A DNA stretch of 64,000 nt from a virus: IMG/VR virus record IMGVR_UViG_3300042505_001173, positions 64,001 to 128,000 of that record; one strand, 5' to 3'. The notes beneath the pieces are model-generated. The model worked only from the letters and a program-made list of their open reading frames with translations, ran no database searches and had not been told where the DNA came from. Below are positions 38,301-48,269 of this stretch, piece by piece. How positions within the stretch are numbered: position 1 is the stretch's first letter; the number at the start of each line of letters is the position of its first letter. The position numbers and the translations under genes were made by a program.

Positions 38301-38974
38301 AAATTAATAACCTTGATTACACAGCAGTATTAGATAGTACAAGATTAAATTGGTCTGTAACATTAGATAGAAATGAAATTACTCAAAAATTACCGTTAGG
38401 AGCTATTAACGTTATTGTTAAACGATTTGGTAAACAGTCTACTGAGCGTATAATCAACGTTGTAGATTATTTAAGAGTTTATAACCCTGATTCAATGCGT
38501 GGTGCTGCATATATGAATTACAGCTTAAAATTCTTAGAAGAGGATTTACAAGTTGGTTATTATATGTACGAAGTACCCGATGCATTAAAAGTAAAAATAA
38601 CTAATAATGGTGTCACTACTATAGTAGCACAAACAGAGAAACCTACCGGTACATATTCAAAAGTATCGTACGGGTACCCATCAGATGTTACAGTGGTATG
38701 GACACAAGCTAAAGCAAGAAAAAATATGCATTATTTTACAATAAATAAAGACTTAATTAACGATGATGCCGTACTAGGAATTTATATCAACGAAGGTGAT
38801 GCAACAGGTCGCCAAACCCAATTTGAATACGTTCTTCAAGTTGCAGGGGACTTACAACCAATTGAAGGCAAAGTGTTAAAAGAAGGTAAGCTTGCTAGCA
38901 ACCCAGATAACTGGGTTCCATTAGTATTAGGTACTTATACAATTAACTTAGATGGCTCTGTAACATCTCTATAA
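35342..38974 (+). CDS. Tail fibre/adhesin with Ig-like repeats
   Basis: Shared N-module (GQLWVDTS...LRHTGQI); repeats such as TGTPTVGQVLT...Y.W...DVG. Confidence 0.8.
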   Translation: MSLTDKILKFSDTIKPIIIVKDDEIDDTSTSLTLCPYNSLNSTNIINTSALRLMEHFCSPTVPPHSTAGQLWVDTSGAPNEPDRLKVYIPQNPGALVYMDVAGTVISRTGTLRHTGQIKAFNDYNNILKYISGAPSAPPSSTPGTGTVTVTGTPTVGQVLTASVTNLVDPDGISSATYTYYWYSGIVPTWSLVSVGAIPSVPTYTLAQSDVGNNIVVIVSYTDDAGNYNVLGSSFIGPVTAASATPPTTLTQPLEIRIKGLSVAPTTLSVDISSLTAAGLTVGGYQWSRNTMYGMNTLIGENNPTFATIYSGNTSVTIQASDNNIYSANVIVGSFLDPKYHLPEGPIYLTGTSEAGTIITVDTSQLVIQEPLVSAPNDYGPPRFYYQWEMAVSPTPWQNVGTDSPTFTIPLNAVGSKVRCNVTFYIQSTAVPSVPSQKVVLGRTTGFVTITPAVSLGATPSAVSGLGLITGTPAVGSVLTVSTSGISSTNGMTNVTFAYEWHAGFPGFPKTVIGTNTNTYTVASTNVGKYISVTISFTDNANNNIVVGSNVVGLIPVVPAVPLAPVGSNATALLAYSKFETTKRYCDENYLSGMTEDDTFYVRNDRRIVYTSDVAYTAPLASPDSDEAAFLPRKYIDDNYLNGFNNPDNTFTITDNKPLYYTVDRVPTDLYELVTKKYVYDVNATLVQAYSSQFQALLDRLNLAFAKVSAARDSAEAAYQAFLALPSPTADTPIDGGTILREDISLPTVDSYSGVNTSPPLSGTITTLPALTAGATYEVKVDGILATGVVISGFRWSLDSTSYAWTAPSTHTILVKRTETSGTSYESVGASQINITALPVPQVPTISPAAGTTTLPIEVPDIEDIQISGTVGTTVLGTGEQFNVTVKKVGAAVGLIIPSTSLVVTGTTWTLALPLLALGTTYDVTATRTDAAGVATSDPTSGELVVTTPANVVPPTLTPMVTSRKWPVIKGTVGTIPITAGQDFKVKINNLDYTAVLDSTRLNWSVTLDRNEITQKLPLGAINVIVKRFGKQSTERIINVVDYLRVYNPDSMRGAAYMNYSLKFLEEDLQVGYYMYEVPDALKVKITNNGVTTIVAQTEKPTGTYSKVSYGYPSDVTVVWTQAKARKNMHYFTINKDLINDDAVLGIYINEGDATGRQTQFEYVLQVAGDLQPIEGKVLKEGKLASNPDNWVPLVLGTYTINLDGSVTSL

Positions 38975-38987
38975 AGGTGGAATAAAA

Positions 38988-41900
38988 ATGGCTGTATCAG
39001 ATACAATAATCCGGTTTACAAATAATACAAAACCGACAATTAGCGTTAAAGAAAATAGAGTAGATAACACATCAACCTCACTATTTTTATATGGTAAATC
39101 GACATTAATTCCGTCAAAGTTCATTAATACTAATTTATTGTATATACTTGAGAACTTCTGTAATGATACTACACCATTAAAACCAATTGAAGGTCAAATC
39201 TGGTGTGACACTAGCGATTCGGATGCTGGTAATGAGCATGGTAGATTAAAAGTTAACATTAAAGATAATAGTGGTGGGATACATTTCCACGACATTGCTG
39301 GTACAGTAATGGATGTTGATGGTAATTTACGACATACAGGTCAAATTGAAGCGGTTAATGATTATAACGATATACCTCAAACTGATAAAGCTGTTTACCC
39401 TGAAAACCCTGTATATAAAAAGTACCTAACAACTAAAAAACATTGTGATGAAAACTACTTATCTGGTGAATATTCTACTGATAATTCTACATTTACTGTT
39501 AGAGATAACAGAAAAATAAAAACACCTATAGCGATAAGTTTCACAAAGCCGAGTGTTTATGACGATGATAGATTCAAATTAATCAATAAAAAGTATTTAG
39601 ATACGCAGTTTTTAACTGGTCAAAATTTTAGTGATCACTTTATTATACCAACAGATAAAAAATTATATTATTCAGCGGCGTGCGTGATTGATTTACCGTA
39701 CCAGTTAATAACGAAAAAATATTGTCTTGATCAAGATGCTGCTGCTCGCGTAATTTTAGACGCTCTAATGCAGGATCCTAACAATGGGTTAGAAAAATAT
39801 GTAATTGAAGCTGAAGCGGCAGCGGAAGCTGCAAGAATAGCAGCTGAAGAAGCTTGGGCGGCAGTAAATTCTGTACCACCACAAACAATACCGGCTGTAA
39901 TAACAATCACTGGTTCAAATACTTGTACAGTTGACACATCAATACCAACCGTAACTGGGTATACAGGTACAACTGTACCACCACAAGTTACTGGTACATT
40001 AACAGATTTAGCTGATATGGCAACCGGTGCAACGTTTACAGTTAAAGAAGGTACAACTGAGTTAACTGTAACACGCAACCTTAAAAATTGGACATTAGAT
40101 ACAGCTACATTAGGTTGGACGGTACCGTCCAACCATACATTAGTAGTTACACGTACAGAATCAAACGGAACACCTTATTCTAGCACCAGTACAGCACAAA
40201 TTGTTATTACTGCTGCAGCCACTACTACTGACACATCAATACCGACTGTAACTGGTTATACAGGTACAACTGTACCACTACAAGTTACCGGTACATTAAC
40301 AGATTTAGCTGATATGGCAACGGGGGTAACATTTACGGTTAAAGAAGGTACGACCGATTTAACTAGCCACGTAACACGCAACCTTAAAAATTGGACATTA
40401 GATACAGCTACATTAGGTTGGACGGTACCGTCCACCCATACATTAGTAGTTACACGTACAGAATCAAACGGAACACCTTATTCTAGCACCAGTACAGATC
40501 AAATTGTTATTACTGCTGCAGCTATTATTACTATACCTATTACAATGATGGATGTATCTATTCCAACGGTAAATTCGTATGTAGGTGTTGGTACACACCC
40601 AACTATAGATGGATTGATGTCTACTGAACCAGCATTAGGTTCTGGGACAACATTCACAATTAAAATCGACGATGATATTGTTCCCCAAGCAAAAATATTA
40701 GTGGCTCCAATAGTAGGTACAGGTGTGGTATGGTCAATTGATACGACATACCTTGGATGGGTCCAAAACAGTATACATGATGTACAGGTCAAACGTATTG
40801 AGGATCCGACTCACTCATTCGACAGTACTTCAAGTAATCAAATACAAATTACATCATTGATTATACCTACAGTTAACGCTCAGGTTGTATCATCGACTGC
40901 TGTGACCATTACCATTACTGGTACAATTGGTGATGCTGGATTTGCTGCAGCGCCAGCTAACGATAATATCAAAATTGTGTTTAACAACTTAACGTATTAT
41001 AGATACAATACAACTAACGCTAAGGATTCAAGTAAGTTAACCGTAACAGGTGGTAATTGGACACTCACAGATGTACCAAACCCACCAGTAGGGCAATGGG
41101 ACGTTATTGCTACCCGTAACGATAATGCATTACAGATCGATAGTACAACAAACGAAATTACAGTTGCTGCATTGAAAGATTCAGTTTTACCAACAGTTAC
41201 AGATCTAACATTAAAAAATACCTCTGCAACAATGGCTAATGTAGTGGTTGCTGGTACTGTTGGGTTTAAAAACTTGGCAGACTCATCGAGCACGTTTGCT
41301 GTTGTTGTAACTAGTTCAACCGGTACAGTAATTACAGGTACATTATTGGTTACGGGCGTGAATTGGACATATACGATACCTACTATTAACACTGGTGACA
41401 TATATAATGTAGTAGCGACACGTACAGATGAATTTAATAATACGTTTGTAGATAACACCACTGATGAATTAGAAATACAACATTTATTAGATATAGCTGT
41501 ACCAACGGTTACACCAGTTACTGTAAATGGTGGTTTCACTGTAGATGTTATAGGTACAGTAGGCAGTAAAAGATTATTAGATTCAAATAGTACATTTAAT
41601 GTAGTTGTAAAAAATACGTCTTCACCTTTTGCAGAGGAAACAGGTACATTAACATATGACACAACCGGGATAAATTGGACTTACCGTCTTACAGATATAC
41701 CTGAACGAGTAACATATAACGTAACAGCAACTCGAACAGATGAGTACGGGTATAAGTATGTTGACACTACATCTAATGAACTAGTTGTTAACGCTGCTAT
41801 TATTGCACCGCCTGCAATAAAGATGTTTATGGACCCACCGAGTACTGGCGCGTATTACAGTTATACTGTACCTGCAGGAAAAACATCAATTGATGTAACA

Positions 41901-43010
41901 GTAATCGGTGGTGGAGGAGGAGGTGGTGGATGGGATTCTAGACCAACTGTCGGTGGGTACGGTGGAGACGGTGACAAAATACTAGCAACAGGTATACCCG
42001 TCACTCCTGGTGAGGTTCTTCGGGTTTACATTGGTCTAGGTGGCGCCGGCGGGTTTACAGGGGTTAATGACGGTAGTACAATCAGTAAAGGTAGAATGCC
42101 TCCAGATATCGGTTTTGGTAATTTATATCAAATTTTCAACTTAGATAAATTGTTAGCAGTTACCCCAGCTGTGGGTCCAACTCCAGTAAAATATACATAT
42201 ATGACCAAACGTGGTTCGTTCTTAACTAATCAAAGTTTTTGGGATGTCAATAAATCAGCACCACCAAATGGTACAACTAGAACTTGGGAGTGGGATATTG
42301 AAATACCTAGAGGTGGCATTTATATAGCTACCTTAGCTGGAGATGATTATTGCTATTTGTATATGGATGGAGTAAAACTTATAACAAATGAAGATAATCG
42401 TAACCTAGGTATTCATATGAATTTAACACCAGGTACTCATAGGTTAAAAGTCATTGGTAAAAACGTTGGTGGTGGTCCAGCTTGTCTTGCTGTGGATATT
42501 AGTGAATTTAGTTCTGGATTTACATACGGTGGTGAAGGTGGACAAACAGCAAACACTAATGTTGGTAAAGGTGGGTCAGGTGGTGGGTCGTCTGCTATTG
42601 TTAGAGAAACCGGTAATGAAGTATTGATCGTCGCAGCTGGTGGTGGTGGGGGTGGTGGAGCTGATTGGAACCACGATGGTTATGATGCCACGAAGTTTAC
42701 ATCTGCAAGTTACTTCTCATCTGATCCGAAAGGTGATGACACTGCTCGTGGAAATGGTGGGGGAGGTGGGGGAGGATACAATAAACCGGGGCTTATCAAT
42801 ATTGGTAATGGTGTAGGTGGTACCGCTTCGGCCATTGGTCCAATGTTAGGTGGGTATGGCGGAAATAAAGGCGCATCATATGTTAAGACTGGAATTACAT
42901 ATACGATTGAACCAGCTGGCAATAAAGGTCCTCCAAGTACTAGTACATTAGTCGGTGATGGTGGACAAGGGTATATAAGAATAAAAGCAATTGGTGGTGT
43001 TATCACGTAA
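38988..43010 (+). CDS. Tail fibre/adhesin with Ig-like repeats, Gly-rich tip and PA14-like insert
   Basis: Shared N-module; D.S.PTV repeats; GGGGGGG loops; LAGDDYCYLYMDG. Confidence 0.8.
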   Translation: MAVSDTIIRFTNNTKPTISVKENRVDNTSTSLFLYGKSTLIPSKFINTNLLYILENFCNDTTPLKPIEGQIWCDTSDSDAGNEHGRLKVNIKDNSGGIHFHDIAGTVMDVDGNLRHTGQIEAVNDYNDIPQTDKAVYPENPVYKKYLTTKKHCDENYLSGEYSTDNSTFTVRDNRKIKTPIAISFTKPSVYDDDRFKLINKKYLDTQFLTGQNFSDHFIIPTDKKLYYSAACVIDLPYQLITKKYCLDQDAAARVILDALMQDPNNGLEKYVIEAEAAAEAARIAAEEAWAAVNSVPPQTIPAVITITGSNTCTVDTSIPTVTGYTGTTVPPQVTGTLTDLADMATGATFTVKEGTTELTVTRNLKNWTLDTATLGWTVPSNHTLVVTRTESNGTPYSSTSTAQIVITAAATTTDTSIPTVTGYTGTTVPLQVTGTLTDLADMATGVTFTVKEGTTDLTSHVTRNLKNWTLDTATLGWTVPSTHTLVVTRTESNGTPYSSTSTDQIVITAAAIITIPITMMDVSIPTVNSYVGVGTHPTIDGLMSTEPALGSGTTFTIKIDDDIVPQAKILVAPIVGTGVVWSIDTTYLGWVQNSIHDVQVKRIEDPTHSFDSTSSNQIQITSLIIPTVNAQVVSSTAVTITITGTIGDAGFAAAPANDNIKIVFNNLTYYRYNTTNAKDSSKLTVTGGNWTLTDVPNPPVGQWDVIATRNDNALQIDSTTNEITVAALKDSVLPTVTDLTLKNTSATMANVVVAGTVGFKNLADSSSTFAVVVTSSTGTVITGTLLVTGVNWTYTIPTINTGDIYNVVATRTDEFNNTFVDNTTDELEIQHLLDIAVPTVTPVTVNGGFTVDVIGTVGSKRLLDSNSTFNVVVKNTSSPFAEETGTLTYDTTGINWTYRLTDIPERVTYNVTATRTDEYGYKYVDTTSNELVVNAAIIAPPAIKMFMDPPSTGAYYSYTVPAGKTSIDVTVIGGGGGGGGWDSRPTVGGYGGDGDKILATGIPVTPGEVLRVYIGLGGAGGFTGVNDGSTISKGRMPPDIGFGNLYQIFNLDKLLAVTPAVGPTPVKYTYMTKRGSFLTNQSFWDVNKSAPPNGTTRTWEWDIEIPRGGIYIATLAGDDYCYLYMDGVKLITNEDNRNLGIHMNLTPGTHRLKVIGKNVGGGPACLAVDISEFSSGFTYGGEGGQTANTNVGKGGSGGGSSAIVRETGNEVLIVAAGGGGGGGADWNHDGYDATKFTSASYFSSDPKGDDTARGNGGGGGGGYNKPGLINIGNGVGGTASAIGPMLGGYGGNKGASYVKTGITYTIEPAGNKGPPSTSTLVGDGGQGYIRIKAIGGVIT
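39933..40522 (+). repeat. Recent tandem duplication (~297-nt period) of one Ig-like module
   Basis: Near-identical DTSIPTVTGYTGTTVP...QIVITAAA copies at the DNA level. Confidence 0.9.
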
Positions 43011-43080
43011 CATGGCGGTAGGTATAATTTTTAGGTATGCTAAAAATATAACAAATAACAGTTAAAGATGAGATTTACTA

Positions 43081-44622
43081 ATGTCAATACAAGATAAAAC
43101 AGTTAATTATACAATACCGACGAAGACTGCTATTACTTTAGTAGAAAATACTATTGATAATACGTCTACCACTTTAGAATTACCATACCAAAACGATGTA
43201 AACATTAATCGTATTGTTAATAATAATTTAATACATTTAGTAGAAAATTTTTGTAGTAATACAGCTCCATCACCAGCTATTGAAGGTCAATTATGGTTAG
43301 ATACAAGTGACGCTGATAATAAGCAGGAGCTCGGTAGATTAAAAATCTATATGTATCAAACAGCTGGACTACAATTTGTAGATGTCGCTGGTACAGTAAT
43401 GGATAAATTTGGCAACTTGAGACACACAGGTCATATAGAAGCATTTAATGATCTTAACAATATACCTGTGAATACTAACGAGTTCCCAGACGATCCTGAT
43501 TATTATAGGTTTTTAACGACAAAAGCGCATTGTGATAGCAATTATCTATCTGGGTATTATTCAACAGATAACACAGAATTTTTTATTCGTGGTAATAGAC
43601 CTGTAACATATACAAAAGAATTGATATTTGGTTTACCTTTTGCTACAAAAGATTCACGGACATTAATACAAAAGAAATTTGTAGATACATATTATTTGTT
43701 TGGTAAAACTAACTTAGCTACCTCGTTTAATATAACAAACGATAAAAAATTATATTATGACAACTCAATTGAAATGACACAAGATTTTCAATTGATTACC
43801 AAGATAAAATGTGATGATAAATTTGCAGAATCCATAGCAACCGTTTCAAATTTAGCAGCTAATATTATAAGCACTGCTGAAAAAATAAAGCATATGGCTT
43901 ACGATCCATTTAACGCTAATGATTTAGCTCATTCAGGTGCTATTGCAATCGCGGATGAAGTTAAGCGTTTGGTGGCTGCAAGACCGAGACCTGGTACACC
44001 AACACCAACTGTACTAACACAAAATGGTTGTACGATCACTGGCACTGCTACTATTGTACAGCAAGGCTCAGCATCGTTGGTAGGTATTAGTAAGATTCAT
44101 GTTGGTGTTAAATGGTACTTAGGTCCAGTTAATTCACTTGCTGGTGTAGACGCTGATTATGCAGCTACAGGATACAGTTTAGCAGGAGCACAGTTGGTGC
44201 GGTTTAATTATAGTGGTGTATCAGTGCAGGGTCTTGTACCGGGTTCATCATCGACCGCAGTTAACGGTGCTTCATATGAAGATTTAAAAGGATACGGTTT
44301 TGATGGTACAAAATACTTTAAAATTAATGATCCAACAAATGTTGCAAAACAGTTTACGACATTTGAAGCGTGTATTGAAAATGAAGCGTGTGATATTGAT
44401 TTAACACAAGTAGATGCTACTATTGAATACTTTACAATATCGTTAAACGGTAAAGTTAATTTTGGTACATATAGTAAATGTCAACTTGCTGTTTACGACA
44501 CAACCACTGGATCGACACCATTAACAACTATTGATTTAGTTACAACAGCTGCTAATGTATCGACTAAAGATATTGCTAAAATTAAACGTGTAACAGGTGG
44601 TTGGACATTTGAAGCGCTATAA
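43081..44622 (+). CDS. Tail-fibre paralog with C-terminal TerD-like domain
   Basis: Shared N-module; KIHVGVKW...ENEACDIDL...NFG...KRVTGGWTFEAL. Confidence 0.7.
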   Translation: MSIQDKTVNYTIPTKTAITLVENTIDNTSTTLELPYQNDVNINRIVNNNLIHLVENFCSNTAPSPAIEGQLWLDTSDADNKQELGRLKIYMYQTAGLQFVDVAGTVMDKFGNLRHTGHIEAFNDLNNIPVNTNEFPDDPDYYRFLTTKAHCDSNYLSGYYSTDNTEFFIRGNRPVTYTKELIFGLPFATKDSRTLIQKKFVDTYYLFGKTNLATSFNITNDKKLYYDNSIEMTQDFQLITKIKCDDKFAESIATVSNLAANIISTAEKIKHMAYDPFNANDLAHSGAIAIADEVKRLVAARPRPGTPTPTVLTQNGCTITGTATIVQQGSASLVGISKIHVGVKWYLGPVNSLAGVDADYAATGYSLAGAQLVRFNYSGVSVQGLVPGSSSTAVNGASYEDLKGYGFDGTKYFKINDPTNVAKQFTTFEACIENEACDIDLTQVDATIEYFTISLNGKVNFGTYSKCQLAVYDTTTGSTPLTTIDLVTTAANVSTKDIAKIKRVTGGWTFEAL

Positions 44623-44646
44623 TTAGTATAGCGCTCCACCATATAA

Positions 44647-46002
44647 TTATAAATCTTTAAATTGGTCAAGCAGTTTAGAACGTTTTTCGTTTTGAGCTGC
44701 TTTCAGTTCATCATTGGTAACAGCGAACACTGGTGCAGCATGTTGTTTATCTCCACCTGATGTTATTCTCAATGTTTTACGATTAACTCTCAACGGTACA
44801 ATAGACCCAACCCCGTCACTAGAACGAGTTTTCAATAACTGCAGTGCAATTTCACCTTGTTGTTTCATAACATCTGATGTTATGATAGCGAACATATAAT
44901 CAGCAGTATTAGCTTTTGACATACCACCAGCAATATTAGCAAAGTTCATTACTTCTTTATCAACACTAGATCTATTTAACTGACTAGCTGTTAACATTAA
45001 GCAGTTAATACCACCGCTTGCACCAGATATCAAATCAGTGCTATTTTTACTACCAAGGTTACGCAACGCCTCCGAAACGCTTTTATCTTTTTGGAATATA
45101 TTATCAGCTGAAATTCGTTCAGTAGAACCCATTAAATCCATATAATCGACAACAATTACATCTGGAATAAACCCTTGTTTTGTCTCTAGTTCAACTAATA
45201 GAGCTCTTATTGAATTAACATCGCTACCAGCCGGTAACTGCGATATTTGTAAATCACCCATCGTTTCACGTTTCTGTTTCAATTTGATACGAGCTTCATT
45301 ATGACGTGCGCGTAATTCTGTTTGAGGAATATCAGTAATGATACCAGTTATTCGACTTAACACCATTTCACAAGATAGCTCTAACGAAATATACAGTACA
45401 TTCAACCCTTGAGCCATATAATTGATAGCAAAATTACTTAAGAATAACGATTTACCTGTACCAGGAGCACCAGCAACAATAATCAACTCACCTTTACAGA
45501 AACCTTTACCAGCGATACTATGTAAATGGTTATCTAAATTCTCATAACCTGTACTCATTGCTGGTTGGAAGTCTTGGTCACTAAAGACTACTTCATAGTC
45601 CTCAAATAAACTTAACCCTAATGATCTATGAATAGACGTTGTAACAGCATCTTTAATGATTTTTTCAATGCCACCAAAATCTCCTTTGCGTAATAGATCA
45701 GGTGAATCTAGAATAGCGCATTCGATCGCTTTATTTTTACAAAAAGATTCTACCTCGATGATACAATAATCAACTTTATCTCTTGTTAATTGATGAGTAG
45801 ATAATGATAAATCTGTTTCAGCATGAATTTGCTGAATGTCAGGCAGTGCTCTAAAATTATTGTAATATGTTACAATAAAGTGAATAGTGTTTCTAAATTC
45901 AGCATCAAAATATTTTGGTTGAATTATATTTGATGTAATTGTGAAAACATCTGGGCTTGATATAAGATATTCAATTAGTAGTTTTTGTTTTTCTGGTGTC
46001 AT
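44647..46002 (-). CDS. Replicative helicase (T4 gp41/DnaB-like)
   Basis: GAPGTGKS, YISLEL, VVDYMDLM, TASQLNR, KTR. Confidence 0.93.
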   Translation of the reverse strand: MTPEKQKLLIEYLISSPDVFTITSNIIQPKYFDAEFRNTIHFIVTYYNNFRALPDIQQIHAETDLSLSTHQLTRDKVDYCIIEVESFCKNKAIECAILDSPDLLRKGDFGGIEKIIKDAVTTSIHRSLGLSLFEDYEVVFSDQDFQPAMSTGYENLDNHLHSIAGKGFCKGELIIVAGAPGTGKSLFLSNFAINYMAQGLNVLYISLELSCEMVLSRITGIITDIPQTELRARHNEARIKLKQKRETMGDLQISQLPAGSDVNSIRALLVELETKQGFIPDVIVVDYMDLMGSTERISADNIFQKDKSVSEALRNLGSKNSTDLISGASGGINCLMLTASQLNRSSVDKEVMNFANIAGGMSKANTADYMFAIITSDVMKQQGEIALQLLKTRSSDGVGSIVPLRVNRKTLRITSGGDKQHAAPVFAVTNDELKAAQNEKRSKLLDQFKDL

Positions 46003-46208
46003 GATGATTTCCGTTGTAAATGACGAATTTTACTTTCTAGGTCCTGAGACTTAGATTTCTCTTTTTTCAATTTACGGTCAGAATCCATTAACTTTTTTTC
46101 TAAATGCATGATATATTTTTGCATCTTATCGATATACGATTTACTATCGTGTTCCCCATGGGAGACTTGAGGAGATCTAATTTTCATACGCACCATTATA
46201 CATAACAT
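45999..46208 (-). CDS. Small coiled-coil protein (start uncertain)
   Basis: ATGA overlap with the helicase. Confidence 0.55.
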   Translation of the reverse strand: MLCIMVRMKIRSPQVSHGEHDSKSYIDKMQKYIMHLEKKLMDSDRKLKKEKSKSQDLESKIRHLQRKSS

Positions 46209-46305
46209 TAAAAATATCGGTCATTGGGGAGACCTAAGGAGAAAAAGGAGAAATTACTAATCTCTCCTCTATATTATAGATCAATATTGCTATATTAACA
46301 ACTAC

Positions 46306-47256
46306 TCAAACGAGTATTACATGAGGGTAACAATCACGTATGATTGATTCACTGACATACAATTCGTTATTGCGTACGTAGTTATTATTAATATTCAATT
46401 CAAAAATATTAACAACTTTATCATACACTTTATCGATATAATTTGAACTATTTGAAAGTAAAATGTACATCATAGGATTCTCTCCTACGTAACGATACGC
46501 TGAGAAATTATGAATAGTTGAGGGTGAATTATTGTTCAGTATTATATTCAATGTGTTAACTGCATAATTGTTACCATACATGTATACTTGATCAACGTCA
46601 CCCCATGCTTGACCGGGTAGATTATTACCTAATGGGTAATTCACTTCGACTTCATTCAAAAGAATTGATAGTGCATTGTTGTATACGCCTGTATCATTAG
46701 CGACATATAATTTATTATGTGTGTGTACACAGAAACTAAGAATACTATTGTTAGATATTTTAATAAAATTATCTGATTGTGCAACAACCTGCTTAACAGA
46801 TGAAGATGTTCGAACTACACATTGCAAGGTACCACTAAATTTTGGAATTATACCTTGATTATTTGCTGAAAAACTAATTTCTATATATTCATCTGTAAAT
46901 CTAAATGTATAGTCAGGTTCGTATAATTTAATATTAGTAGGTTTGTTATCAGCATCTACAGTACTAATATAAACAATAATAGACGGTACAGCAGTTAAGT
47001 TATGTTTAAATTTCCAAACACTCCTTGCGTGTTTTTGATCAAACGTTGCGACTTGTGGATTGTATTGCCAATCAGGTAACCCAGCTACGGTGTCAGGCGG
47101 TAACGGACGTAAAATATTATCGTTACGTTTAATAAAAAATAATGTACCTTTGCATTGTTTTGTAATAATACATTTACCAAAGACGTCTAAACTGGTTTTT
47201 TTCTCGGTAACATCTATTGTACGGTTACATACATTGCATCTATATTGAACTGTCAT
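46306..47256 (-). CDS. Hypothetical, probably virion-associated
   Basis: CNVC...C...C N-terminus; W..KHNL...P.I.VY module. Confidence 0.6.
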   Translation of the reverse strand: MTVQYRCNVCNRTIDVTEKKTSLDVFGKCIITKQCKGTLFFIKRNDNILRPLPPDTVAGLPDWQYNPQVATFDQKHARSVWKFKHNLTAVPSIIVYISTVDADNKPTNIKLYEPDYTFRFTDEYIEISFSANNQGIIPKFSGTLQCVVRTSSSVKQVVAQSDNFIKISNNSILSFCVHTHNKLYVANDTGVYNNALSILLNEVEVNYPLGNNLPGQAWGDVDQVYMYGNNYAVNTLNIILNNNSPSTIHNFSAYRYVGENPMMYILLSNSSNYIDKVYDKVVNIFELNINNNYVRNNELYVSESIIRDCYPHVILV

Positions 47257-47516
47257 ACATTAATAATGTCGTTATAATTAGCCATTGTTAAAGATTTATT
47301 CATATGAAGAATATTTTCAACAGCTGCATGAAGTTCCATATCGGTTTTTGCATCTTCTTTTGCCCACTCAAGCATACGTATAAACAACGGAACATCCATT
47401 GTTATCATATCAGGTGGGTTTAAAATTTCATTTAGGTTCACAGTTGTACCTGTATATTGGTTAAAAACGTTTAATATATCTTGTAGTGATCTAGTATTTA
47501 TTGGATATGAATTCAT
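47253..47516 (-). CDS. Hypothetical protein
   Basis: ITMDVPLFIRMLEWAKEDAKTDMELH; ATGA overlaps on both sides. Confidence 0.7.
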   Translation of the reverse strand: MNSYPINTRSLQDILNVFNQYTGTTVNLNEILNPPDMITMDVPLFIRMLEWAKEDAKTDMELHAAVENILHMNKSLTMANYNDIINV

Positions 47517-48001
47517 AATGATTGGTGTGTCCTTGCTAAGTAATACGCATCAGTGATGTCGTAAAGTCCATTTGTTGTTTTATATTTTGTTTTGAATAAT
47601 GCTTGAATATCTTCTGGTAAAGAATCAAACATATCTTTTTTTGTTACTTTCTTTTTTGTACCACCGCCAGAACCAGTTGCAAATTTCTTTATAGTTTTTG
47701 GTGTAATAATTTGTACATCATCGATATGAGTATGATTATAAATCCTATCAATAATAACAAATTGCAAACCCGCTAAATCGCGGGTTGCACTACCTCTAAT
47801 ACCGAATGCTAAACCTTCAATTGATACTTTTGAATCAGGGTATTTGTTAATTAACTCAATAATATTATCTGCAGAATTACCAGCTCTACGGTATATTAAA
47901 TCAGATGGATCTGTTTTTATAGTACCAAAATCTATAACATCTTGATCTACAACACAATACCCTGTAGATGTGTACGACTGATCAATTCCAATGTAAACCA
48001 T
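47513..48001 (-). CDS. RuvC-like Holliday junction resolvase
   Basis: IGIDQS, IEG, KKFATGSG, DITDAY. Confidence 0.85.
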   Translation of the reverse strand: MVYIGIDQSYTSTGYCVVDQDVIDFGTIKTDPSDLIYRRAGNSADNIIELINKYPDSKVSIEGLAFGIRGSATRDLAGLQFVIIDRIYNHTHIDDVQIITPKTIKKFATGSGGGTKKKVTKKDMFDSLPEDIQALFKTKYKTTNGLYDITDAYYLARTHQSL

Positions 48002-48183
48002 TATTGTTCCTAAACAAAATAGTATATATTAGTACATAATCATGGTAACACAAACACTTTATCCGGGAATATACATTAAACCTTTATCCCAATACAACAT
48101 TATTTCATTCTCTGAAAAAATAGCATTTTTTAGGTCTATTGTTTTGTAGCGTGTGTAAGTGTCATAATGTATCAATAATATTA

Positions 48184-48221
48184 GATAAATCAACACCATC
48201 AAAAGATAGTGTTGATTTATC
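48184..48221. terminator. Long intergenic hairpin
   Basis: GATAAATCAACAC...GTGTTGATTTATC. Confidence 0.55.
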
Positions 48222-48269
48222 ATATATATTGAAATGTTGACAGTAGATCCTGATTACTTACATAATAGC

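Noticed and set aside
36431-43006. Minus-strand ORFs inside the fibre genes, and similar antisense or nested ORFs elsewhere
   Set aside because: Shadow frames of long, codon-biased genes.
35342-44622. Diversity-generating retroelement or invertase-driven fibre switching
   Set aside because: No reverse transcriptase, template/variable repeat pair or recombinase is visible in the window.
46160-46245. Loose GGAGAC-N-T-N-AGG motif, with similar strings near 2724 and 60783
   Set aside because: Too short and variable to distinguish from chance by eye.
48060-48260. Open minus-strand frame between gp46 and the RuvC-like gene
   Set aside because: No usable start codon, and it overlaps a strong hairpin.
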